Shown in pieces: positions 11,843 to 23,405 of a DNA stretch of 64,000 nt. Location: contig OZ116700.1 in NCBI GenBank assembly GCA_964199315.1, positions 1,178,001-1,242,000 on the forward strand, in the 5' to 3' direction. The DNA comes from Orbicella franksi. Its lineage: Eukaryota. A program made the position numbers and the translations under genes. Below the pieces are notes generated by a model. It did no database searches and had not been told where the DNA came from. It worked only from the letters and a program-made list of their open reading frames with translations. Numbering within the stretch: the first letter of the stretch is position 1; every line of letters begins with the position of its first letter.

Positions 11843-12959
11843 TGCGCTGTTCTGCCCGTGGTATAATTTATTCCAGTTGTGCGAGTGTGCTGCACGTGAT
11901 TTCGGTATTCGTTTCTCGTTAGCGAGGGTTTAACAAGCACTAAATAACTACGTACACTGTTAAACGGGTGTTTGCTGCGTGTAAAAATGTAATTAAATTG
12001 TACATACGTGCCTCATATGTAGGGTGTGGTTTCTTATTATTTCCCTGTTGTTGTGACCGTAAGAGATGTGTATTGAGAACAAGATGTTGGGGCAATCTTT
12101 AACTCTTGCAGCGGAAAATTACGGGAAAACGGATTCTAAAGGGTTTATTACATAGATTATCGATTATTATTGTTAATGATACCTCTGTTCACGCCAAGCG
12201 ATTACACTCATTTCTACAAATAACCCATTTATCCCAAGAACATCGTCTTCTCATGCCAAGGACAGGTTTTTTGTTCTGAAGAATGGTAAGAGGGAAGCCG
12301 CCATGAAGTATGAGGAATACAGATGTTTAACTGTAAAAAAACATTGTAATTGTTTTATGCTACTATAATCCCTTTCTATTGCAAGAAGTGCGTACCACGT
12401 TTATTTCACGAGTCCTGGCCTTACGTGTGAGTGAGAGGGTGCGAGCCACACGACCTTTCAATGATTGAAGTCGAACTGGCAAGTCTTCAGCGAGTTTTAA
12501 CCATCTTTCAGTTTCACGCATCCCCACAGCCCTGGATCTTCCAACTGGAAGCCAACTTGTGGCCTACTACACAGCCATCACACGCGCACCTGATAAACCA
12601 CAGAAGCTCGGGCAACGAAACTAACACTCGCAGAATGCGAGGAGTTTTTGCTACATCGGGGGCAAGTTTTATCGCCTACAGGGACCGCACATGGGGGAGG
12701 GGTGAGAGGGCTTTAGCTCCCCCTTTCAATATAATAAAAAACATAGGCACGCAAGGCGTGCAAGAGTTATTTTTTTGTGTGAAGTGTTGGAGATAGAAGC
12801 ATTCATGGTACAGTAATGATTTGGTTGATTTGACAAGTTTTTTCGGTTGCGATGTTACATCGGTCATGGTAAGATAGCTAAATAGTAAGCCATAAAATGT
12901 TTGAATGAACAAACTACAGTAATCTGACACGTCTCCAGATTAATGTACATACCATCTTA

Positions 12960-14200
12960 TTTTCTAACAGGCAATTGGATTCGTTCTTTGATACAACCCG
13001 CACTGTGATTGGTGTGACACGCGCACATGCATAACTCCCTCACTCACCGATCATAACCCTTCCAACCCCCAAGAGGAGTTTTTGCTCAAAAATACTCAAG
13101 TTAATTTAGAGACTTTTTCGCATTTTATACGAGTCGTAAGTTTACCTTTTTACACAACATAACACAACTTCACCGAAAATAGAAAGAAAGAGAAAAAAAA
13201 CCTCTGACACGTTGAAAGTCTGATTTAATTAAAAAGCTCTTTGACTTGGTGCCACGCAGTCTTCAAAGAACATTTGAACAGTTTTCATACTTTTTACCTT
13301 TAAAAATATCGGACTGAAATGAATGTCATCAAATAAAACTATTAAACTGCTACTGCAGAGACGTAAAAACCGTCCAGAAACGAAACCTTTTTTGTTTAAT
13401 ATCCTGGAAACAATAGCCGATAACTTGTCAGCTCTAATTGAATTTACTCCCATATAAAAAACAAAAGTGTTAAGTTGCCATTTGTTACTAAAGATAGCAA
13501 ACATCTCGTGGGAAAGAGTGGTGACGATTCATCCGCTCTAATTGAACTTACTCCCTTGTGAAAAACAAGAGTGTCTAATTACACTTTGTAACTAAAAAAC
13601 AAAAATATCTCGTTATATTTGCATGCAACAAGAACAAAACAATCGTTACCCGCACTTACTATTGTAAACGTTAGAACTGTTTCAAATCTAAAGTCTCGTC
13701 CCCTCTAAAACATGTCCTGAGAACTAGACGCGACGATTCGTGACCTCTAATTGAATTTACTCCTTGTGAAAAACAAAAGTATCAAGTTACCTTTGTAACT
13801 AAAAATAAAAATATCTCGTTGCATTTGCATACTACTAACTCACGAACTGCTTCAAACCTCAAGGCGCATCTCGTTCATTTAACTAAACTCCTCAGCCTAA
13901 CCCACAGAAAATGTCGAAGTAAACCCAATATATGAATACTTCCTCCTCTTTTATAGAAGAATAAATATGGCCGTTCTCAACTCTATCGGGATCAAATCTT
14001 CTCACATACCATTTACCTTTACAACAAAAAATTTGATTGGCTGTTTATAGTAGATCCAATCTGATTGGTGTGACATACATACATCTCTCACTGACTCACT
14101 CACTGACTCACTCACTCACTCACCCATTGACCCGTCCATAATATACCCGACACGCCGACTAAGAGGTATTTTTTTTACAAAAAAATAACTCAAAAATAAA
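12960..14200. repeat. Degenerate repeat block: two diverged copies of a TGATTGGTGTGACA...CTCACTCAC...AAGAGG module flanking three copies of a ~100-bp unit
   Basis: Modules near 13005-13110 and 14060-14200 (the second with a (CTCA)n tract). The unit CTCTAATTGAATTTACTCC...AAAAACAAAAGT... recurs near 13433, 13535 and 13745. Confidence 0.65.
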
Positions 14201-14399
14201 AGAACGACACTCTCTTTTAGGAGAGTACTATTTGCCACCAAATGAATCACCAATCGGATATATGTTGCCGGATTATTCGTGGCAAGCGAAAGACGAACTC
14301 CTTTGACTTCTTTGGAGTGAGCACGGACTTTTTTTTTCGCAACGATAATTTATCAAAAGATTTACAGAAGAGAAGGTCAGCTTCTAGTGGTAATAACGA

Positions 14400-14960
14400 A
14401 TATTTTTAACAGGATGAACCATCGGTGTATTAGACACAGTTATCAGAGGGGTCCTGTAAAAGAAACTATAGTGAAAATAAAGTAAAAAAAGGTAAAGAAG
14501 GTGAAAATGGGTAAAAAAAAAGGCGTACAAGATTAGTAAAAATGTTCACTTAAGCTTTTGCTTAACAGAAATCTCGAAGTTATGGATCTAAATTCGATTG
14601 GCAGTCCATTAACAATCTGGGCGCCTTGATAGTTAAAGTTCTTCCCAAATTCAAGGCGAACTTTAGGTAGTTTCACTGATAAACCTTTGTTCCTTGTGTT
14701 CTTTGAGTAAAGTGATCTTTCAAAGTAGGTCTTAAATGGGGTGCAAACATTATTTTGAAGACAGTCGAAAACGAACCGACTGCATTTTCTCTCCTGATGG
14801 TAGTTTTAGATTGCTGTGACCAATAATTTTCAAACTTCGTTGATCAATGTTCTTTATCAGACTCTTGGGTGTCTGACCAAGCAAGACCAAGTGATCCGCA
14901 GTATGTAAACGAATGAGTAAGCTTCAAATCATTGTATGATTTTCTTGAAGAGTAAAACAT
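14400..14960 (-). mobile_element. 3' fragment of an L2/CR1-group LINE (RT C-terminal region plus 3' UTR), degenerate
   Basis: Minus-strand translation gives FTYCGSLGLAWSDT and FVFDCLQNNVCTPFKTYFER...NTRNKGLSVKLPKVRLEFGKNFNYQGAQIVNGLPIEFRS. A second copy of the 3' part lies at 52395-52437 plus 54206-54435. Confidence 0.75.
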
Positions 14961-16486
14961 CACCCTTCCTCGACATGTTGCCAGACATAGCGCATACGCA
15001 GAGCCATCATAGCCGAGCGAACATATGAATCCATTGACGTAGTCAGTCTTAATGACCAGCAGATGTTTGTTAACTGCTTCTCAATTCGTGGGATTACCTC
15101 GGAGCGTTGTCTAGTGTTTTCTTTTTGTCGTTCAAATTGTTAATGAACAAGGTGATATTGAGAGTTGCCCACAGCAGAAAGGTACACGATGAACAAGGGA
15201 ACCTAACTCCTACAGCAAGTATCGCATTTATTAATAGGACTACATTTGTCGATATTTTTCCTCACTCCCTAGCACGGGAATGATCACCAGCAATAAAATA
15301 CTGCTGAAGAGTAACAGCGGATCAAATCCACACCGAGGCATTTTTCAAGTATTTTATTACGGCTTTCTTATATCGTATATATTAATTTTTTTCTGAAAAA
15401 ATATCTCTCATTAATCAATATATTTGGAAACTATTGTTAGTTACATCGTAAGATACTTCGTATTAAATTATTAAGTACATTATTGTGACAGACGAATATG
15501 TTATAATATAGCGCGGTTTAGTTAACCGAAAGTAAAATATCAGACAGGTTGGAAACTTATGATTCAAGTAGGGTTGGACCATGACCATTAGATTACCGCT
15601 GGCTGGAGGGCTGGGGGCTCGCATGAAGAGTTAGCTGTTCAATTTTTTTCTTCCCCCAACCTGGAAATAATATGATATTTTGGGGGGGTTATTGAACCAC
15701 CACAATCCATATGCTAATGGCCCAGCCCTAAAACCTGAACAAAAGGCACGTCTGATCAACCACATGATAAGCTCAGCGAACCAATCGAAACTCATGCTAA
15801 AGGAATTGGCGATTGGTTTTGGTTTTGCATCGTAAACTATTTGTGGTAAAATCAACACGGTTTTTTTCACCGGTTAGTTAGAGATTATAGATCACAGCAA
15901 ACGCAAATTCATATATGTGAAACAAACACTGTATCCATTCTTACCATTACTCACCACAGACAACAAACAAACTTACTTCAATTATGATATCCAATAAACC
16001 CCAACCCTAAACGATTTGTCATTTCTATGGCAACCCCACAAGGGGCACCCAACGGATCGCATAATCTCCTCCGATTTTCCTAGAATTGTCCCCTCGAACT
16101 TTCGTCAGAGTGTTTACGTGATATGAGAAATTTAATGCCTTTTTATTTTCAGATTGATATAAACGTCGTTTTGGGCACTAAAAAAGGTCAGCTATGATTT
16201 AGTCCTAACGTTTTCTGGAAACGGACAAAGAACCGTAACAAATTCGAGAAAACCAAAGTTACCCTTAGAAAGACCAGATATAAACTTTAAACCGCAGCCT
16301 AAGCTTGCCTTAAGGAGCTTCAAAGGCACTCCATATAGCTTAAATCAGCGTTTTCAAGCATTTTAGAGAAAACCGTCGTTAGGTGCCCCTTCCACGCTTA
16401 CCACAGCAAAACACTCGGAGGATCAAGGGTTCAGAAGGCTCAACGCACATAACGAGTGTTCGTTAAAAATGTCGTTTGGGTTATTT

Positions 16487-16916
16487 TCTCGAAGCTGGTT
16501 TTCACTCTCCACGGAGTCTTAGTCGTAAGTCGTAAGAGTGCTTGATACAACCCAGTGAAAATCACAAATCGGATTCGGGGTTGGAATAATCAAAATGAAT
16601 GAATGAATGAATGAATGAATGAATGAATGCATGAATTTAAGACTTTATTTCAGGATCAGAACGCTTCCATTTGGTCCGATTCCGCTAACGATTCCGTCAC
16701 TTTTTACGATCCAGTGAAAACTGGATTATCGGAGTCGAAATAAGAGGCGGAAAAAGCATCCGATTACAAAGCTAAAATTTCTGCTGTGGATTTGATTCCG
16801 TTTTCAATAGATTATAAGCGACGGAGTCATAAGTGGAATTGGTGTTCTAGTCGGCCATCGCTTTGATTTCCACTGGATCGTGTCGCTCTCGTAACTGGTG
16901 AAAACCAGCCTTCGAG
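16487..16916. mobile_element. MITE with ~20-bp terminal inverted repeats and an internal (GAAT)n tract
   Basis: CTCGAAGCTGGTTTTCAC ... GTGAAAACCAGCCTTCGAG; (GAAT)n at about 16594-16635. Confidence 0.75.
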
Positions 16917-17176
16917 ATTCAACAATGCCAAAACCCTGGTCTCACAGCAACATTAACACACGTTATTTGGACTTTACTGAACTAGAGTCGAACCTTGTCG
17001 CTGTAACATATTCTTAAGACTCAGTCAAAAGGAATGAAATTTCCATTTTGAATGCTTAAAAAGCATGCTTCTAAAAGGTTTCGAGAAGTCATCTAGCTCG
17101 CAATCAACTGATAAATCAAATCTGCAACACACATGTTGTTCTAACTAATTTCGGAGTATAATCAACCCTTACACTT

Positions 17177-17429
17177 GTGAGGGCTCATTAGGGGTTCTCG
17201 GGATACGAGATAATCAGGCAAAAAAATTAACGGCATACAGGATATTTAGGGGAAACAATGGGATATTTAGAACAGATATCCCGGGGGCAACAAGAAGGAA
17301 AATTGCTAATATTTGAAATTGGAATTAATGGAGTACGAGAAAGTTGGGTCAAAAATTAACAGGGTATGGGATACTCAGACCTCCTCTCCCCCCCCCCCGC
17401 CCCCCCGCCCCCCTCTAATGGGGCCTCAC
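17177..17429. mobile_element. MITE, about 250 bp
   Basis: TIRs GTGAGGGCTCATTAGGGG / CCCCTCTAATGGGGCCTCAC. Confidence 0.7.
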
Positions 17430-19319
17430 TTAAAGAGTACTGTCTAGCATGCATCAATCAAAAGTTTCAACTCTGCCGACAAATTCACGCAGAGTTTCCA
17501 TTGCCATGGTGCTATGTATTACTTACTTCTCTAAAGAAGTTCTTTATTGTTTTTTAAAATAATGAATCTGCCCTCTCTTGGAGTGAAAAGGTTCATTTCG
17601 GGAATTTCAGAAAGCTGCTTAACCCAGTAGAAACTCAATAACCTGATATACTGACTTAGCTAAGTAATCAGCACATAAGCCTGGTAACCACCTTGCCAGA
17701 GAAATGTTACTGAGCAACAACAATTAGTCGATTTATGAACAAGTCTTTTTCGATCAATATTTCAAGAGAACTATGGTATAGCGTTTTTAGCGCCCAATGT
17801 TAGTTGTTGTTTAAAAAGTACTTATGTTTATTTGTAACATGACGTGAGCATAAGTCACAGTTAACATGAATAAACGCAAGATATCACGTTCAGGATTCTC
17901 ACTGGTGCAATAATCCTGCTATGTATTGATTGCCTTTCTTACCTTTCGCAGTGTATAAAGGAGATGCAAATGTAGAAATTGAAATCAGCATGGAGTCAAA
18001 AATGTCAATACAAAAATCAATAAATTATGTAAATAAAATCTCTGAATAAAAATAGTATGTTAAAATTGTGTTCATTTTCTGCTCTTCTCCTCACAAGATG
18101 ATCGCAGAGAATTCCGCGCCTGAGAAACAGGAAGAAATGACATGATTACAAAACAATGCTAACTATAGCTGAATTTGATCGCAGCCATTACAATTTACAG
18201 CGTTGATTACAAGTATAATGAACAGTGACAATGACGCAGTTATAAAAACGGGCGACAAGGCAACTTTGGGCTTAATTTACCGTTAGAAATGGCTGGAAAT
18301 AACCCATGCGTTGACCAAAGTTGATTTTGTCACAGTATTTAAAAAAAAAAAAAAAAAAGATTACCTGAATTTGAAATTTACTTTGAATCTAGCTGACAAA
18401 TCTTCCGACAGCTAATCTTCAGTAATGTTTAGAAACTTATGAAAACCATTTCAATTGCCTTCACCAGTCTTCAATGTCATTGAGAAATAGTCCAAACAGA
18501 AAACAAAACGTTATTGGACTCAGCTAAGTTAGGTTTGGACAAACGTCGGATCCATGTTTTTCTTTTTGGAGATCTGATGATACCAGGTGATAATAGCGTT
18601 AATAATAGTGACTAAGTCAGTAAAATATGAGTTAGAAATTAGCAACATTACTATAGTTTGAAGAAAGTTACCACGAGCAAACAAGTTTAATGTCAAAAAT
18701 TAAATCTTTATTGTCACAACAGCAGTCATCAATCATTATTACCAGTTTATGATTAAGGTATACACGATCAACATACGACATACCACAAGTCACTAAGCTA
18801 CACATGACCAATGAACACCTTCAATGTTAATAGTTTTAATTGTGTAAAAATGAAAAAATCGTGTACTGATTTGCTAGAGGGGGTCCTAGTATGACACATG
18901 TCTGTTAACATTACTTTAACCCTACAGATCTAGGTGTGACTGAACCATATTATTATCCTAAATATTATATTAAATCTGTTACTCTGATCCAAGAAAGATG
19001 TCCCACATATATTATCACACTGCACAGCACTCAAACACCATATCATTTTATCTTGATGTATGGAAATGGACATGAGCTGTGGTCAACATGGAATACAAAT
19101 TAAATCACTAAACTTTTTAAAGGACACTGTGTAACCCTTTCAGCAACATTTAAAAAAAAAAAACACCAATGATCTTCTACGCACAGCGAACTCTTTCTAA
19201 CTCAATTTGTAGCTTTTTAAGCAAGGTGGGAAGACTTTCATGGCTTCATATCCCAAAGAAATTTCCTCTCTAATTTATTAATTATTGGGGTTTGAAATTT
19301 GAAAAACAAAACGGGCGAT

Positions 19320-19672
19320 CAGTCGAACCTCCACAAACGGCCACCTCCCTTCAAAATAACCTCTATAAAACGGCCAGTTAATCAATGACTGACGAACAGT
19401 GCAAACAGAACCCTATTTTTATTGTAAACGTTGACGAAAATTGATCCATACCGCGTGTCGTTGGTCTCTGTTTCTGTTTGGTGACTGTTTATCCATATAT
19501 TTTGATTGTGTTACGTATTTACATGCTACAATGAGCATTTTTCAAGATAAAAATGTTGCACCCCCGAAAACATTCAGGTGTCATAATACACCCCTGCCTC
19601 CCCATAATGGCCACCTCTCTACAACGCCCACTTTCTTGTCCCCAAGGTGGTCGTGGTGGAGAGGTTCGACTG
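19320..19672. mobile_element. Tc1/mariner (pogo/Tigger-like) MITE
   Basis: TIRs CAGTCGAACCTC / GAGGTTCGACTG with internal ACGGCCACCTC repeats; the TA flanks are degenerate. Confidence 0.75.
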
Positions 19673-22129
19673 TTTATTCTCTAAAAGATTACCAAAACAA
19701 ACGTTATGTAGTTCAATATTTTCTGCTGGGATAATCGAACTAAAAAGAAACGTCAGTAAAAAAAAATGCATATTCAGGGTAACATTCACCTAAGCAAGAG
19801 CACGGTCGTTTGCACCAAAATAATAAATTCGTTTTCTTTGCATTAAAAATGTCAACAAGAACAGTAGTTTTGAATCATTGACTATTCAGTAATATTCAAG
19901 GACTCTTCCCTCAGCATCGCAAGTAACATTTGTTTACCTGGGCAGGGACACTAAATACCGAATATTCAAGACTCCATTGAACGTAAGATTACTTACACTG
20001 TTGGGTACTTCACATACTAATCACAAAACTCCTGTTTCGTCAACTTCAATTTGTTGCTTTCCTTGACGTAAAGTACTACTCGAGTATTCAAGGACTTGTC
20101 AACACGGAAATGCCGGTAACAATTCAAGGAGTTTTCAGAGAAAAACGAAATCATTTGAAAAGACTTTTTCAAAGAATTTTTGAAAGATTACTTCAAGGCC
20201 TATACAAACCATGATCCACTTTCTTTTCTAAATTAACAAAAATATAAATTTCTTAAGTGATCTGCCAATATTTTAAACTATCAAAACACCAAACTCCACG
20301 TTAAATAGTACGGCTATGTGCTACTATTAGAAGTGCTTAGTTTCTTAACAAACTGATCTTGAAATGAGACCACAAACATGTAGAATATGAAACTTAGGTA
20401 TGACTAAAATGACCAGCAGATTATATACATTGCTTTTCACCTGAAAATATGCATTTTATGAGGCTGCATGTTTTAAGGGTTCTTCTGGACACATGAAAAG
20501 GCCATTTTATCAAGCCTTCTGGAGGCAGGAGTTCACCACACACTGCATTGTTTTATCAAAGTAATCTTGGACAATTGAAATGAAACGTTAAGGCCACCCC
20601 TGCCCCAATTTCAATGAAGGAAGAAAATTGGTATGTTTTTGTTTGAACGTGAATTCATCATTGATTCGGGGGGAGGAATTCTTCTTTTTTTCCATCCAAG
20701 ATTGTTGTTTCCAGTGACCACATACACTGGCATTACACAATATTTACAGGTAGAGTGGTGTACGTTTATATTCGGTGTTGGTTGTAATTTCTTTGGAGAT
20801 TATTATTCCTCATGCATGTATCTAAGGTTTTCATTTGGTTTCTTTTTCAGACAAAGTTTTCCTTTATCCAAGTCTTTTACCTCATTGCTTTTTATTCTTG
20901 AACTTTGCTATTTTGCAGAAATATCAATTCGACACCTAGCATATTGCTGAAAGGGCCACTCAACAGAACACATATGCACACCAACAACAAAAAAACACCT
21001 AAAATAGATTTCAAAATATATTACAGTATTATTAAATCTGATTGTTGATAATTTGTTTTCAAACATACAGAAATATATTAAGATCATTTGTTACAAAACT
21101 CATATTTTTTTAGTAACAGGAACTAAATGTTTAGTCCACAGTTGTGAGTGGGCTTGTAAAAGATGCAAAAGAAATCAGTTTCTTCAGACTTTGTATTTAG
21201 CCTGACAATTAGTCGGTCTTCTTCAGAGTTAGTGTTACCCATTGTCAGTCTAGTGAGAAAGAGAAGTTATGTGTTAGTATAAATTACATTAAGTTACTTG
21301 CTTCTTAGCTGCATAGCTGTAACTGAGCACTTTTATTAACACAATTTGTTTTGATTAATAGCCCTTTACAGTTTATTTGCCATTTTTAATTAACAGCAAG
21401 CAATTCCTTTGTGCATGGTTACATTTGCTCCATTGTTCTTTAAAAAATGACTGATTTCATGAGGGTTGTCTTCTGATACTGAAATAACAATCTTTGCCCC
21501 TTATGCAGATCATAAATTAATATACTTCGTGATATTTTGTATGGACCAGTGAGTCAGCAAGGTGTATTACAGCTGTAAGTGCAGTTATGGACATTAGTGA
21601 CTTCAGAGCCGTGTAACAGAATTTGCTTTCATTGAGGAATAAATTTTTGCCACCTGTCTGGCATATCTCATCATCATTAACTCTAAGCACGAGTCCCCTG
21701 GGTGAAAGCAATAAAGTTAACCACTGTTGCATTGTATGCATCACATCACACTGCAGGATTCAATGGAAGTTCATCAGGCAAGTGTTTCAGTTACCATAAC
21801 ATTGCTAAAGTGCATGTACATGTAACTAGAACTGTGTTGACTGTATGATTAAGAAAAAATGCCAATCAATTGCACCAAGCAGGCTCAATCCCTCCTCCCT
21901 CCCCCCTAAGTCAAGACTGGTTTTCGTTAAGGCTGTGAACGCAAACAGATTTTCACTTGTTGTTTCATTCTTGCATACTGCTGAAAATGATGTCTCCAAA
22001 AACAAGGCAAGGAAATTATTACCATGAAATTTGTGAGCTTTTGCCAAGAAAAATAAAAAGCCATTTTACAATGAGGGTTAGCTGATGGTTTTAGCATATA
22101 TACCTTCAAGGGTGCCACCTGGGAAAATC

Positions 22130-23135
22130 CAACCTGGTTTCCAGGCTCTCTCCTCTGCCTCCCTTAGTCATTGGAAGAAAGACCCTGGTTGCGGCTGGTC
22201 ATGTGACCACCCAGAATCTCGGTGGTTAAAGAAATATGTTGGGCAGGAGGGGTGGCAGAGTGTTTTGATTGTTGTTGTGAGAAACTCTGTGGGTGTCAAA
22301 ACCTCTAGTAGTCGCTAAAAACTACTCGCTTTATCTGGGTTTGAAGTCAAATTTTTGCCAATGAATAATGCTACATTATTTCTGCTGTCTCCCAAATAGA
22401 GAAGACTTTCATTACAAAAAATTGGCAGGCGAATGGACCAGAAACTTTTCGAAAATTAACACACATAGAACGTCACGTACCGAATCAAAGTGAAACCAGT
22501 GGATCAGTCTCTTAGATCTCTGAATTCGGAGATAATTTATTTTCTTGTTCGTGCGGTGATTTGGATGTTAAAAAGTACTTCTGTGACACAGCCGTTAAGC
22601 CGAGTATTCCGACTTGCATTTGAATTCATATGTAGCAGTGTAAATTGATTCACTGTTTTGTTGACAAAAGCCCACACTTATATTTCATCTGCATCAGGTT
22701 TATGCATGTTTATATTTAGGCAGATGTTTAAATACGGGTCAAGAATTATAGTTTGCGAAATGGTAAATGAAACATCTATAGCGCACAATGTGCCATGAAG
22801 TTAATTCAGGCAACAAGAAACAGTGAAACAGTTTTACTTCTTATTAATTCGACTGGCTGGAATTGATATCAGAGTGCTACTTCAACACACTGGATATAGA
22901 TAAATATATTTCGCTTCATCTGTGTGAAGCTCAGAACAGGACTGAAGAATTTCAAAGGTATATTTGTGCTCGTGTGTGATTTAATATGATGACCAGCCAT
23001 GATCGACAAAATTATTCGTTGACTCTATCCAGTGCTAAAGTTTGTGTCACAAGTGGTCAGGTGACCAGCCGCAACCAGAGTCTTTCTTCCAATGACCAAG
23101 GGAGGCAGAGGAGAGAGAGCCTGGGAACGAGGTTG
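22130..23135. mobile_element. Non-autonomous DNA transposon, 1006 bp, ~75-bp TIRs, 9-bp TSD
   Basis: The TSD GGGAAAATC is present at 22121-22129 and 23136-23144. TIRs: CAACCTGGTTTCCAGGCTCTCTCCTCTGCCTCCCTT.GTCATTGGAAGAAAGAC.CTGGTTGCGGCTGGTCA and its reverse complement. Confidence 0.9.
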
Positions 23136-23405
23136 GGGAAAATCTAGCTTCCTGTACAAGTTTCTTTAAAAATAAACCAAGTTGAACTTTTAACATGGCA
23201 AAACAAATAACCTGTAGAATCTAGAAATATATACTTTGCTACTTTTATTTTGCTAGGTTTGAACAAGCCTTTAATCCACAGTGTCTGATAATTAATACTT
23301 AATAATGTTCTTCCAACTTACCTACCTGCACCAAACAAGGTTATACTTAAGGTTCCACTTGAAACAAGTGCACTAAAAAACCGGCTTACTGCCCTGTTGC
23401 TCACC

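Noticed and set aside
20633-20950. Hydrophobic 105-aa ORF
   Set aside because: TTG start, AT-rich composition, no recognisable domain or splice context; likely spurious.
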